Source: Balanoglossus misakiensis
Lineage: Eukaryota > Animalia > Hemichordata
Reading direction: 5' to 3'
Assembly: GCA_040954595.2 (NCBI GenBank)
Contig: CM082584.2
Span: 11,870,552 to 11,934,551, forward strand
DNA: 64,000 nt
In this document: positions 16,279 through 30,087 of the stretch, piece after piece
Numbering within the stretch: the first letter of the stretch is position 1
Layout: each line of letters opens with the position of its first letter
Position numbers and translations under genes: made by a program
Notes under the pieces: generated by a model
What the model was told of the DNA's origin: nothing
Seen by the model: only the letters and a program-made list of their open reading frames with translations
Database searches by the model: none

Positions 16279-16855
16279 GCAAGACACTCTCTTACATGGA
16301 AGTGATTTTTACAGTGCAGACAACACTTCTAAATATGTAACTTCATAGAGGTTCGACTATATATTCGGACACCAGCCTCATAAGGTCACTACCATTCTTA
16401 ACTGTAAATGCTACATGATTTAGAAAGTGTACTCCTGTGGCATAAGCTAACCACTCATTTGGGTATACATCATCAGAACTGTAGTCACACTACATACGGG
16501 GCACAGCAGAGCGTTGATTGCGAAGTTAAGTTGTGAGGACTAGTGATCTAACATGACATTGTATGCAGGAAAAAAAAACATCAGTAACTACAAATAGAAA
16601 GAAATCAAAAAATGTCTGAAGAAAGAGACATTGTATCTTGAAGCTGCCATATTTACCAGTTTGATTGTGGTAAACTAAAAATGGGACATCACATGGCAAA
16701 ATTCACCAGCAGTAAGCTTTTACTAACATACGTACCGCAAAGGCCAGAATTACATGTCCTGTCAGCGAGTGTGGTTTCCTTGAATCACACTCAAAGCATT
16801 TAAGCCATGGCATTTTGTTGCCAGTATATTCTTGGTTGCTGGGCGGCGTCGGGAA

Positions 16856-19800
16856 TTAATTTATACTTCCCTCTGATTTGGGAGGCAGCAGTCGGTCTGT
16901 TTCTGTCGGTTCTCTGTCTCCGTCTGTCGGCGATGGACACTCGACGGGAGTTGCTTCTCTCTCTCGTGATAACTTCTGCCAGCGGCTCATGTTCAGGACG
17001 CCACCCTGCAATGATTGCAACAGAAGATTCATTATGTAGAGTTGCACCTTTAATGTCACGGTCAAACTTTTATCTTGTTCACAGTCAAGTCAGAGCTGAA
17101 TGACTAATGACTTTGCAAGATTTTGAATCAATACAGTAACTGAGCATTGCTAAAGTACTTACCCGCTTAGTATCAATTATATTCAACAGCACAGTCGCTG
17201 TGACACAAGCTAGTGTATTGGCAAGAAGGAATATCATCACAAATTTCCAGCGTCGTAAAAGTTCTTTTTCTGGCAAACTGGTAAAAAGATGAGAACAAAA
17301 TACTGATTAGATGGTTTTCACCGATTTTGTGATGAGATGTAATGAACACTGATTCTGTGATGTTGTGTGATTTTGATGCAGTGTGGTATGGTATGCTACA
17401 TTGTGGTGTCTTGTGATATGTTGTACTCACTTGTTGTCTGATCCTAGAATCTCGCCCACAACTACATTTGAAATCCCAATGCCAACCATCTGTATCGATG
17501 TCGTTATACCCATCGCTGTGCCAACCGTTGCCTGGGAAACCACCAGTGGAATGGATGGCCACATACTCGACTAAAAATGAGCAAAACAAAGATTATTCTC
17601 CAAATGCTTATTCCTCAAGGTCATATCACTCAGTTTTTCTTGTGAAATCATCACTGCGTTTAAAAAAGACCAGAACCTCAATTGAAGTACTGGTACATTG
17701 CAAGAAAGTTCGAACTTACTGCAGCCATGGAATACATGAGTCCTAGCCATACGGTTGATACCAGTGGGTGTATGTTTGTGAATGCCAACAGCCCAAAGAC
17801 TGGGATAGTCAACCCGGCACACAGGAAAGCGAGTATTCCACGTTTTCCGATGTAGTCCTGTGAAAAATACAACAGCAAGTCCGAGTATATGAAGGGAAAG
17901 CAAATGCAGACAACCAAGAAAAAGTCTTATGCAAGTTATTGTTGAATTCAAGATAAAGCAATGACAGGCACTTACGATTGTTAAACCTAGTATCCATGAC
18001 AACCCTAATGACACATCATAGATGGAGCCAGCTATGTAGGCTGATGTTGTGTCACTATAGTGATACTTATTCTTAACAAATTTGCTGAGGAGGATAGAAA
18101 TGGAAGTGGATTAGTATTCATGCTGATTTCGAACCTCTTCTGGGGAATTTTTCATCTAGCTCTGACTTGTGTTCCACATAAAATACCAATCTCGGCAAAG
18201 ACTCATCGAACGTCTCTTACCTGGCGTCCGCGACGAACGGGAAGATGCCGTTGTAGAAGAACATGATGGTCAACGCCAGCAACCAAAACTGGATTGAAAA
18301 GAATTTTATGTCCCTCAGTCGAAGTTTCTTGGACTGTGTTGCAACATTGGATTCCTGCAGTTTGGAAAAAAAACACAGACAGTTCAGCCAGACTTCCTGA
18401 AATAGCATGGGATCAATAAGACCTTGCATTTTTAACCCTTTCACCCCCAGTTCCCTCTTTAGAGGTCCAACTTTACCATAGGAAACAATGGGTTTGGATT
18501 GAACCATGGTGGTGAAAGGGTCTTACCTGGCCAAGCTGTTTTATTCCAACGATATCAAGGAAGCTGAGAATGATGGCTGAAATAAATCCCAGCGAACAGA
18601 GAATGGCCCCTCCCCACAGAGTCCAACGCAAACCATATTCGCCTTCAAAGTTTGGTGTAAGAAAGAAGTTCAAAACGCTGCCCTGTAGAATGTAATGAAC
18701 AAACAAACATATTAATTATGCCAGCTCAAGTAAACAGACTTTTTCCACCTAACATTTTCTCCCACCAGATGTTACGTGCAATGCATATCTGGATTATACA
18801 ACTTACAGCTCTAGAGAGAGTCAACGTCATTCCAAATGCGAAGGCCAATTCTTTATTTCGGAACCAATACGCAGTTATCCGATTCTGCACAACTGAAAAT
18901 AACAATAACATGATTATCTACATTAGATTGATCACGTTTGTTAGGAAATTCAGCTAGGATATCCATTAGTACAATACTCTGGAAAAGATGCTGGAAGAAC
19001 TTTGTATCCTATTCAATCTGGAGCTTGCATGATGACGTTAAGCACACCAACTTACTTGTTAAGGAACCATTACCGGAGCCAAACAGCAGTCTTCCAACAA
19101 GCATTATGGGCAACATGGCGCTTGTACCTTTGAAGAATTCTCCCAGTGCAAACACCGATGATCCGAGCAAGCAGAGACCAGAAAATAAAAACAAACCAAC
19201 TGCAGAAGGGAGAAAATAAATGAGCAGTTAAGGTTATACTGAAGGATTTAAATTGCTAGGCAACAGGTGCTGAAGAGAATGTTAATAGCTGTACAGATTG
19301 TTGTAACAGTTTTACTGTGTCAATTGAATGATTGCTAAATTAGGGCTACATGTACATTTATGGAATCTGTGTATACTTACTTCTGTTACCTAGTTTATCT
19401 ACTAAATATCCTGCTCCTAAAACCACAAAAGCATTTCTGAAGTGGACAAAAAAGAAATGTTAATGGTGAGCTCTCAAGAATTAAGCCAAGATTGCAATAA
19501 TCAGCAGCTTTATGGCAGTGTAGCATATTCTTGAAGAAAGTCGCATTACGAGGAAAGATTATTAATCATGCAAGTAGTCTTTTTGTCTCAGTTCAGCATA
19601 AGACTGCTGCAGAATACTCACGTCCATGCGTAGATAGCGTACAGTAGATTGTATTCATTAGCAGTCATTCCCAGGCCACCACCGCAATCACTGTGATTTC
19701 CATGCGTTGCATTTTGACATGTGATATTCTGAAAAAAATGGATGGGATGGAAGTGAAAACGAGTATCTGTCACCACACAGACAGCTACCAAGAATGGACA

Positions 19801-20325
19801 TTGAAGGTCCCTGGTCTAAAATCACAGCAAGTCGCTGACCTCGTAAGCGAAGGTCAATAAAACTTACAAAACATTGACGTTCATGGTCACAAGCTAGGAT
19901 ATGACGAGCTATCACCTACCCTCTGGAAAACATCTTGTAAGACACTTGGCATATCAAAACAGAAGTAGGAGCCGAATGTCAACATACAGTTGAAAAACAG
20001 GATGATGAAGCGAAACGAAGCTGCAATAAAAAATAAAGATGCAGCCACAATGAAATCTATAAATATGATAATTGTCACTGAGGCCCACCCCTATATAATA
20101 AAGTAAGACCGAAACCTCGAGCAAGTTAGTAATGCATAGAAAAGTGATATGTGGTGATAATGTTAACATTTCTCCTCAAAACAGTTCGTGATTTAATCAT
20201 ATATGTCATATATTAGTTTTCGTCTCCTCGACGCGACGCACCTGTTCGGATACAGGAAATGCAAATGATTTTAACAGCAGACGAGTATCGGAATGGTCGT
20301 ACTCACCGTCTGTAGCATGTACCAT
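16856..20325 (-). CDS. MFSD1: MFSD1-like lysosomal major facilitator superfamily transporter, 13 coding exons, 484 aa
   Basis: Exons 20325-20307, 20020-19920, 19728-19622, 19436-19381, 19199-19056, 18892-18807, 18682-18527, 18354-18221, 18084-17976, 17857-17720, 17570-17431, 17277-17163, 17005-16856 (1455 nt). MFSD1-family motifs FGSYFCFDMPS, YNLLYAIYAW, GRLLFGSGNGSL, WFRNKELAFAFG, FFYNGIFPF, SMWPSIPLVV. An in-frame TGA lies two codons upstream of the ATG, and an acceptor near 20344 implies a non-coding first exon. Orthologue versus paralogue is not resolved. Confidence 0.9.
18436..18520. mobile_element. 85-bp MITE, copy 1 (TIR CCCTTTCACC, TTAA flank; piggyBac-like)
   Basis: TTAA-CCCTTTCACC...GGTGAAAGGG. 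Similar in reverse orientation to 42106-42189; lies in an MFSD1-like intron beside the donor site. Confidence 0.75.
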
Positions 20326-21255
20326 GGTTCACACCCTTCTTGGCTATGAAATATTGAGTAAATAGGAAAGCAAGCATATATATGAAAATACTACAGACGA
20401 GCAATTTTTGTTGAACCGCATCAGAAACACACAATCATTACAAGTCTACGGAAGACGAGAGTGGTCACGAGTTGTGTTTGAGGAGAGAAATACCAAACCA
20501 TCACCCCGGTTGACCCTGAAATCGAAATGAACCTTGTAATTGAGGGCGAACCATTTCATAATCGGGAGGGGTGCGGTTGAAGAATTCGGAGCCAAAACTA
20601 CTTCTTTTCGACGGTGGTTACGTTTTTTTATGCGTTGGACGATTTTCCGCCAGGTTAATGTAGTACTAGGATCATGTTCACAGCCTTCGTGTAGTTCGTC
20701 AGTAAGTGTCAGCAGCTTCATATTCAAGGAACAACGGTGTTTAATATTTGATGACAATTACACATTTCAACAAAATAACAATACCAGCCGCCCTGCCAAT
20801 CACTCATCACTCTTCACAAAATCAGACGGATCAGAAAATACCCGTGTTAACAACGTTCGTTTTAATTTAGACAAATTATTTATTGATCAAAACAATGTAC
20901 ATAATCCATTAGCGACAATTTCCTCATTTACATGGCAACTGCTACTGTACAGTATGTCAGTTTTGTCCATTAGCATATCGTCGCGTTATTGTTTGGGCAA
21001 GGCAAGTGTTAGTACGGTGACTTTTTTGAGTTTATATTAAAAAGGTAAAAAGTAAATAACTCTTTTTCGTTGTACATTGTATTTACAATTTAGGCCTAAA
21101 GGCACATAATATGTTTATTAGAGCAACTGAGGATAATATAATAAAAAATAAAATAATAGGGCTAGGAATTATAAAAATAACTTTCCATAAACGTGACAAG
21201 ATAACTGGACATTTCGGTTCAAAAGAAACCTCATATTTCTGTATATTCGATTTCA

Positions 21256-24200
21256 TTATGGTTCCCTGACCGAGGAAACCTTGTTTTTGGCTTTGGACGG
21301 TTTACAAACGCACACCAGACCGGTAATCACAACTGCCACCACGAGCAGACAGCCGACCGCAATCAGTGCCAAATGCCAGACTTCAAGACCGCTCTTCGGT
21401 TGCGGGACCAGCGTGGATTGGGCGATGTTGGAAGTTTCGCCTTTGTTGCCGAAGTCGTCGATAGCTCGGATGGCGAAGTAGAAAGTCAGACCTTCTCCCT
21501 TTGTGTGCATTCTGATGGTGACTGTTTCCACGGAGCCGGATGGTAGGGCACTGTCCAGACTGCCGCGGACAACGACTTCTTCAGTGACATTCACCACGCT
21601 CGTCGAATTTTCAAATTCGTCAGCGATGTCGGAAAATGACAGCGAAAAACGCAGGTCGTAATGATGGGCTGTGTGAGGAAATCAAACAACGGACACTGTA
21701 GTATGTGAAAACGCCGGGTTTGAGTTGCAAAACACAGAAGGTGATTTTCAAACATGGTGAAATAATCGCTGGTGACAAGTGCAGTCATTGAGTATTGTTG
21801 ATGAAGGAGGCCTACATACCCGTGCCTTGGTCTAAATCATCGCCAGTAGCTGTCCATTGGAGTTTTACAGTCAGGTCATCATAAGAGGTAGCCGACACCT
21901 CCAGGTCGCCGATTGCCGCCGGTGGGAAAGGATCTGTACCCGGTGCAGCGTATTCAACACCATCGGCAATTTGTATGACGCCGCCCGATGCAATTCTGTT
22001 AAAGTCTCCAACCGGGATGGGGTCTCCCAGTTCGGGAATAACGGCTGGAACGGCGAAAAGCACATTTTTGGATGAGATATAGAGAAATACAAACATACAT
22101 GTACGATGGCTGTTATTGAAAAATTGAAAAGGTAGAAAGAGACATACATGTATTCAACACAGAGAGCGTTAAAGAAAAAGGAAGACTTTCAACACGTGCA
22201 CTTACAGTAATCTTTGGGCAAAGCCCCGACTTGACCAGCGGTGGAGATCACTGTATTACCGTTTTCATCGTTGGCTGTCACTTTAACACTGTAACGACAA
22301 GACGTCGCACAGGCAGCTTCGACAAAATCTATGAAATACGCCGAATATATACCATCGTCTTTCGCGACGTCAGCACCTGTAAGAGGAGATGACGGGACAT
22401 GTAGACAAACTTTCAGTGTGATATAAGGGAGCACATTCAGAGTAGACAATTCGACATTTGTGAGGAGCTGGAGGAAAATGGAACCATTGTCATATTTTTG
22501 TAGATATCGACAACAATTTCTTTTCAAATTGTAACTAGATTTATACGACAAAACAGGGATATATGCAACCGGCGCGCTGTAATGTTCTCCTACAATATCT
22601 TTACCAATCATGTTAACTTACCGACACCACTGTCAAAGAGCTGTATTTCGACTGGAGGATTTAGAGATGGGTCGGGGCGGTCAACTATGGCAAGGACAGT
22701 TGCCTTGGTAACAGGAGCGTAACCTTTGTTGAGATCAGCATAAATGACTGCCATTGGTGGAGACTCGTTTATCAAGTTGCTGCTCAGTGTGGAGGTCAGA
22801 CGAATCGGTGCTGCTCTACCGTCGGATGATTTCGACTCGACTGAAAATTCAATGCTCTGGTCTGATGCGTAGGGGTTGATGATCTCGTATTGCCATGTAC
22901 CAGTCTGAAATTAGTGGACATTATGGAAGTTAGTTCGTCTGGCAAAATTGTCCCGATCTGAGACAGAGATTCAACATAGCTGAAATATTAGCATTGAAGT
23001 TGACATGTAAAACCTAAAAACTATCATACCTCCGCTAATCCTGCTATGAAAATGACGACAGCATTTGTAGTAAGGTCAACCGTATAACCAGTAGACCCCT
23101 TAATTATTGTTTGGCCGCTTGGAGACGTCAATATCACGTCAACTTCGGATATCTCAAAGAAGATAAAGAATGTTGTGTCCAGTCCGATGGTTGAATCAAT
23201 GTGAATACTTCCAATGTGCAGATCATAAGCTGAGACGGTGGTCTTGTAACTGATAAGCTTTGAATTGAAAGACATAATTGCAGACAAGTTTTAATGTGGA
23301 CGAAAACCTTAACTTTCTGTTTGTTGCTTGAAATAGTTGATACACAGCAAACTCGAACATTTACAACGAAAATTAAAGCCCCTCTAGCTGGATGCGGGTC
23401 GTTACGTATTTATCTGGTGAAATCGAAGTTATACATTCACCTCAAATGTTTGAAATGTTTGCTATTGATTTAATTTGTCTCCAAATCATCAATTAAAAAT
23501 CTACCTGAACCGGAGCGACCACACTGGAACAACTTTCGGAGGCCACAGTTGCTGCGAAGGCGTCGTGTAAACCAGTAGTGACATTGCTCTCCGAGTAATA
23601 GAATGCCAGGCCGTTTGTGTCCTGAGATAACTCGGTCAGTTTGTTGTCTGCATACTCGCTGAACGCCAGTGTGTTGATTATAACCTTCTTCGATATCATT
23701 GTAGCCTTGACGTCATTTATTAAAGGTGACGTGTTCTCTACGCCATCCGTAAGAAGGAATATTATACCACCCTCAGCAGTTAGGCCCGGGCCAGCTTCAA
23801 GAACCTGTATTTGAAACCAAATCGAACGTATAAGTTGTCAATCACGAGAGTATTCACCAAGACAAAATTATAGAAAGTTTCATTAAATTCGATGCTGTAA
23901 GGCTTTACGTATATACCAATACAACCATTGCGCTCTACAGACAACCATTATAAAAGTATTTTCGATAACTTCATTATATATGTTCAAGTTACACACATGA
24001 ATCTTAGGCCCTGCCAGTTCTTTCCATTTTGGAACAGCTAGTATCTGACGACTAAAGTTCAGCCTTTCTTGAGGTATCGAGTTAACAGACAGACAGTATG
24101 AACGTTTGCGCGAAATATGACCTCATACCTCAACACCTTTGTTTAGACCACAACCAATACATGTTGAGCCCCCTGCTCCAGTTGGCAGGGCACTTATCAA

Positions 24201-27200
24201 CTGATCTCTCTTGTTTGTTCCGTCTATGAAAACCAAATTCGATAAGGTGGTGGCATCAGATTCGAATTTCACAATTCCTACGTAGGTATTATCGGGTATT
24301 GTATACCTGAGATATTTAGTACAGGCTTGGACCATTAAATTGAAACGGGTCTGTAATAGAAAAAAAGTAATTTTATTGGTTATGAATGCTTGTGAAACTG
24401 GAAAATGTATATATTATAATAATCCAAGTAATAATTTGTGATGCGGATATTATGTTTTTCCAAAATAAGGTATAGATTAGTGTTTCCAAAAAAACATTAA
24501 AATAGTTCTGAACTGCCCACGGCGCCGCAGCACCAGCAAACGACTAAATCTTTCAGTTGGGGGATGCTTTGATACATTTCCAATAATCAATCCCCCCCCC
24601 TTCCGACACCACAGGCAGTAAATAATGACGGCCCCCTTATCAGATTGGCTGAGTGTCCCTTGTCACCCTCTCCTCCTCCTTCCCTCCATCCGTTCGGCCG
24701 TTCTCCCCCCAACAAGAGCACACACAACCTAATGTACAAATCAGACCGAAGCACTCACCCCGGACATGCTACCCGAGACGTCTAAAACCAACACTATTCT
24801 TCGGTCGGTTTCCTTGACAACGCGAAACAAGGGCGTGGTATCTGAGACCAGGCGGGCGGCGTTCGCACCGGCGAAGAAATCATTGGTGATCAGCATCACA
24901 TCCCAGGCACTTCTGAGTCCGCACAGCTTGTTTTGTTTATTTCTGGCCAGTCTGTTGTGCAGGGCATTCGGGTCTTTCAGGGGATCGCTGTGACAGAAAT
25001 GGACGACCTGCAAAACACGTAAAGAAATGTTGTGTCATTCTCATTTGGGTGTCGCCACCGTACTTCCAACACCCAACGCAATAGGAAGTAGCAAAAACAT
25101 GCCTTGGGGGCAGGAGACCAGACTAGTGTATGTTTATAATCTGAAAAGTCGCACAGGCGCAGTTCAGACGACCCTCCCCCTTTAAAGGACAAAGCACACT
25201 CACCGAGTCCTGAAAACTGGCGAACATGTAGGACGCTATCCCATTTACATCGGTGGGATCAGGAAAGAATCGACAGTGTGGTCCCGGCAAAACACCCGAG
25301 TTCGGATCTTTGTTGCATGACACTTGCGACACAATATCAACCGACTGACCAGTTATGGCTTGCGAACATCTCGTCGGTTCCACGCGGCCGGTTTGGTCAA
25401 AGTAGAAGTGTTCATCGGCGTCTATGGCGTACTCGTCGAAGAGACCCCATCGCAAGTGACCCCACTCGTGTACAATAAGCTTACCTTTAAAGGGAGAGAA
25501 GACAGAACTTTTGATTTTTATTCCACGTATACACCACAAACATTGTCGTGGTTCCCCGCAAGTCATGAACCATGTTTCCAAATCCCAGGAAAGCGCTGTC
25601 TATAATTTGCGGCTCAATCGGCACATGCAAGCCTAGACGATACAGTTACAGTGAAGAATTCAGCGATCACTGACTTACCGGAATCGCCCCAGTTATACTC
25701 TGAAAAAGCGACGTCTGTCAGCCACTTTTCCGTCAGATGCACGTATTCGCCAGGTTCTCCGCAAGGTCGGGAGTTCTTGACGTACGGATTATCACCGAAA
25801 ACCGGATTAGGTTGATCGACGATGACGTTGGCGGCGCAAAACGATTCTGTGGTGGCGTCGTCGTCTGCTAAGTTGTCACTCCATGTCCGGGGTATCAAAA
25901 TGTCGACGCTCTTGAAGTATGCGCGCTGCTCAGTTGCCGTGTACAGATGGCCCGATGCGCTCGTGAATATCTCCTGTCCAAGACAATAAAAAACAAACAT
26001 GTAAGCCACCACCGTGTGTATTCCATAGTATTTATTGGCTAATAACCGTGAAATTAAAATTGAATGGTAATCCGGCCGAAAATATAGGTCTACCTTCACA
26101 GTTCTAGCTGGACACCCCTGCGAACCCTTGCTGAAACAAAGAATGGACATATACCGCCTACCGACTTTGCTAAGGTTCAGTTGACACAACGCACCCGGTC
26201 CTGCTGAGACGGGGGCGGCAGGTGCATTATGGAAAATGTTGTTTATCAGCAACACGTCATGGTGACTATAGCAACTTTGTTGTCATAACTAAACGATGTC
26301 ACAATGGCAACCAGGGTTGTTGATGTGGACTCATGATGGAGAACGCAACACCGCCTGGGATAAACTTTTTTTATCGGGTTCTTGCCTTCCGCGAGTTTTC
26401 GGGAAAAAAACGTCTATACGTCTGTCAACAACTCGTGGGTATCGGGTTATTTTTCTCTCTCTCACAAATTTCGTTTCCTACATACTCTGTCCAACTGATC
26501 CGCGAACTCTATCTCTCGGAAAGTTGTTTTCAAGTTGTTTTTAAAGTGGTTTCGTTGAAGCGTTACCAATTAATGAAGGGAGTTTTCAATTGCAACGAGG
26601 TTCTTAGGAACAGGTGAAGTTTGAAACTGCTAAAAGCCTCTGCAGTATGTTTAGAACATTAATTTCAAATTGACAGCCGGGCTGCTGCAACTTCACTGAG
26701 TAAACTAATCCAAGAACAACTTCTCAAAAGTTGTTTTTTGCACTCTTCAAGGAAAAAAATGTTAGGTTTTGCACTATGAATTTGAACACGATTTATTTAA
26801 AGCCCTTTGGTACGGAACTTTTTTTGTCTGTTTTTAATATCTTTTAATTGTCTTAGCTATTTGTTGGGTTCCCTCATTAAGTCAATTTAGGGCATAGCTT
26901 GGTCAGCATAACTTTCTTTTGCAACAGAATTGGCCCAAAAACTTCAAGTATTATCGTGGCTGCAAATTACTTGTTTCTTCAGTCTCTAATAGCCAGCTGT
27001 TACTCGCCCCTCGGTATATTTAAAATATTAAAAAGAAATCCCAACCACGGGACTTCAATCCTATTCCACACTCACCTTGATTCTTTGTATAATATAGGGA
27101 TCTTCTGGAATACTTTCGTGAATAGCCACCAACACGCCTGTGTATTCGTTGTTTGACAAATCGATTCTGTTTCTCTGCGCAACGGTTGCGATGCTCAATC

Positions 27201-27246
27201 CGAAAATAACGCACAGAATTCGAGTCAGCATTGCCACGACTTTCAT
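21256..27246 (-). CDS. CLCA: Calcium-activated chloride channel regulator (CLCA family): signal peptide, zinc metalloprotease, vWA, FN3, C-terminal TM; 11 exons, 945 aa
   Basis: Exons 27246-27076, 25973-25679, 25484-25204, 25007-24759, 24350-24129, 23804-23505, 23257-23030, 22904-22622, 22376-22206, 22044-21820, 21668-21256 (2838 nt). Motifs PCGEPGEYVHLT, HEWGHLRWGLFDEY (HExxH), LVLDVSGSM (MIDAS), GSTCIGCGL, DDGIYSAYF, WTATGDDLDQG, FYFAIRAIDD and a hydrophobic tail. Confidence 0.95.
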
Positions 27247-28702
27247 TTTTTTTCGGCCAGCTGTTTGCACGCAGTCGAAAAACAAATCGCACCAGGCATA
27301 TGTGTTCAGAGGCACGGCAGTCTCTCTTATTTATACACTCCGGGGCTGTCGACGAATCAGGATCGTCACGACGTCTATTGTGCGACTTTCTATGCGCACC
27401 TGACAAATAAACATCTGACGTATGGCACTTCTACGAAGGTCGCGACACCCATGACGCAGACTTGGATTCAACACTATCACGACTTCTATTTTTACAACTT
27501 TCCCAATCTTTCCCTGTTCGTGTGGTCAGTAACTAAGTATAGCAAATCAAACAATGGAGACCCTGTTTTGGTTTTCATATGGGGTTTAGTATTTTTATCG
27601 AGGAGAGGAGGGGGGGGGGGTGCGCGATATCCGGAGGAGGAGGGGGAGGAGGGGGAGGGATTGGGTGAAGGTAAAACAATGCAACGCTATAGTTGCGTTT
27701 GCCGACAGAAATCCTGTCAGATTTGTGCACATGTACTACAGATGTCCTCGGATTGTCATCTTTAATTTCGACATTGTTGGCTAGCTTGTAATGGGTTTTA
27801 TAGTGCCTAAGCGGGGCACTAAGTCGTAAAGTTTACAGTTAAGGTAGTAGGCGACTCGAAAATCAAAGTCTTATACTTAGTTATCTATTATTCTGTCTTT
27901 AAATTGAGAATAACAGTTAGAGGTCACCGTGAAAAAACAATTGAACTTGACGCGAGAGGCATTTTTTCATATTTAAATTCAAAATGGCCGCCAATCTCTA
28001 TAATAACTTTAGGGATAAAATTGACGGTGAACAACCTGTATTCTTCTTTCTGTTCAAAATGACTCCTATAGGAAATAATAAGGCTTGAAGGACGATCATT
28101 TTTTTCTGAAAATATGTCCCAGAGGCACATACTTCTTGATGGAATCATAGGAAACATGAAAACAATCCTACAATCGCCTACTTTTCCTTTGTCCATTTTT
28201 TCGGTTCGAGTTATTTTTTCTATGTTGTTGACATTTGTTACCATGATATGTGCCATAAAACACGGAGACAATCACTCCCGTGTGCTATATTTAACCATAT
28301 GCGTGATCGCGGTCGAATGTTTTACAATCACTATAGTTACACCAATCAACACAACACATCTTATAAATCACACACTCGCTTCCGCATACCCTGGGCCTGT
28401 CATCCACTGTGGTGTCCATGGCGACAGAGATAAACAAAGCACGACCACAGTAGACATTTCACACATAACTTGCCAGTTTTTTTCCAATACTTCGGATAAA
28501 ACCAAGCCTCCCTACATATACAGATTTAGCGTCATTATTTGTGGAGAAAATTAATACAAACGTAGGCCACATCAAACTAGTTTGTTTTTCCGTCTCACAG
28601 CAAGCGTTATTTTGATCAAACCCAGAAGAACTTGTTGTACATGGACTGTTGGGAAGGACGCGTTGGTTGATCTCCGTGCACATTGCACATACATAACAGA
28701 CA

Positions 28703-28746
28703 ATGCGCCAGTGACAATGTGCACGTGCACATTGTCACTGGCGCAT
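28703..28746. repeat. Perfect 44-bp palindrome with no spacer
   Basis: ATGCGCCAGTGACAATGTGCAC followed directly by GTGCACATTGTCACTGGCGCAT; exact reverse complement, centred on CACGTG. Confidence 0.95.
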
Positions 28747-30087
28747 CAGAGCTCTGTTAGCGATCAAGAGCTACATCAGTAGAGTTATTTATTGACATAG
28801 TAACTGCGCCACTCAAGTGACGACCGCAAAAAGCACATTTTTAGAAGAGAAATTCTGCCTTCGATACGGAGACGTCGTCTCAAGACTATGAATTAAAACT
28901 GACAGAGTTTGATTTTCCTGGTGACCCATGCACTTGTTTTTATATTTGCTGGGGAGGGGCATTTCTTTTTATAGCTTTATCCCAAGATAGACCCGCTGGG
29001 TGCAGCCTGATTGATGAGTAAAGCTTATCGATCCACGCATCAGTGCGCGAAACTGCGACAATAACTGACCCACTAAATCCTCGAGACTATACGCGCTACC
29101 GAGCGCGGTGTCTTAAAGTGTCAGGTAAACATCTCCATCGCCATGACACCGAAGCAAAGCGACAAACGTCTTACACATGAAACAGGTTCGTTTGTCATAC
29201 CAGTTCACCTTTTACGCGGAATTGATATCTCAACTCTCAAAGAAAGGTGACGTTTTTCCGTCTTGTAGGAAAAGCCATGTGCAATAATATACATGTATTT
29301 TCACAAATGAAGACAGAGAACTGTGTGGGACGAAAGCAATAACTAAAGCCAGAGTCAAAGCGGAATGGATGCCAGGAAAAAGAAAATGTTCGGCACAAAA
29401 GAAATGTTAGAAGCCACGGACCGGGAGCCACAGAACACGCATGATCAGTTGTGATCTGTTGACAATATGTGGCAGTATTGAGTGTGAAAACCAAAAATGT
29501 GCAAAAAGGTGTCTGTTCCTTGTGTAAACAAAGTTGCAGGTAACTGGAGAGCTCTGTCATATGAACGCCTGTCGACAAAATGCTCTCTAGTCATATACAC
29601 CGCTTTAGGGCTTTGACAACCCCTTCGGCGAAACAAAGTTTTCAGGCAGTGACACTATGAGGTGTTAGAAATTATAGATTGAGCCGAAAGCTAAGTTGTG
29701 CTTAATAAGTTTTCAGCGACATGCGTTGTTTGAAATATAGCCCATCCGTTGCCACAAATAACGCCAATGGCGCGTTACATCCCCCTGTGGCAGAAAACAT
29801 TCTGCGCTGTCCTAGCTATGTGTCAGCCGCAGTTTGATTGAGGAGGGGAATCCACGCACCAGTAACTGTGTCGCTAGAATTGTACAGGCCGCTCTTAATA
29901 AATACCGACATACTTGCGTAGGCGATACCATTGGTTCTAATAAGTTTCATATCATGGAACCGTCTTTCGGTTGAAGCTAAACCACGAAATCCCAATTCTC
30001 CTTAATTTTCAAACAAATTCTTATTTATTCAACCACTGCAGTAATGGGACAAGAGCTGTTTAAAACTTTGAATGTTTTACTCTTCTT

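Noticed and set aside
15849-16340. 163-aa ORF on + strand
   Set aside because: Non-ATG start, lies in the MTAP/MFSD1-like 3'UTRs, no recognisable domain.
20446-21040. Overlapping 103-aa (-) and 166-aa (+) ORFs
   Set aside because: They cover the MFSD1-like 5' region and the CLCA 3'UTR; an in-frame stop before the MFSD1-like ATG excludes an N-terminal extension; no domain similarity.
27265-28554. 166-aa and 146-aa ORFs upstream of CLCA
   Set aside because: They cross G-runs and repeat-like DNA, with no splice or domain support.
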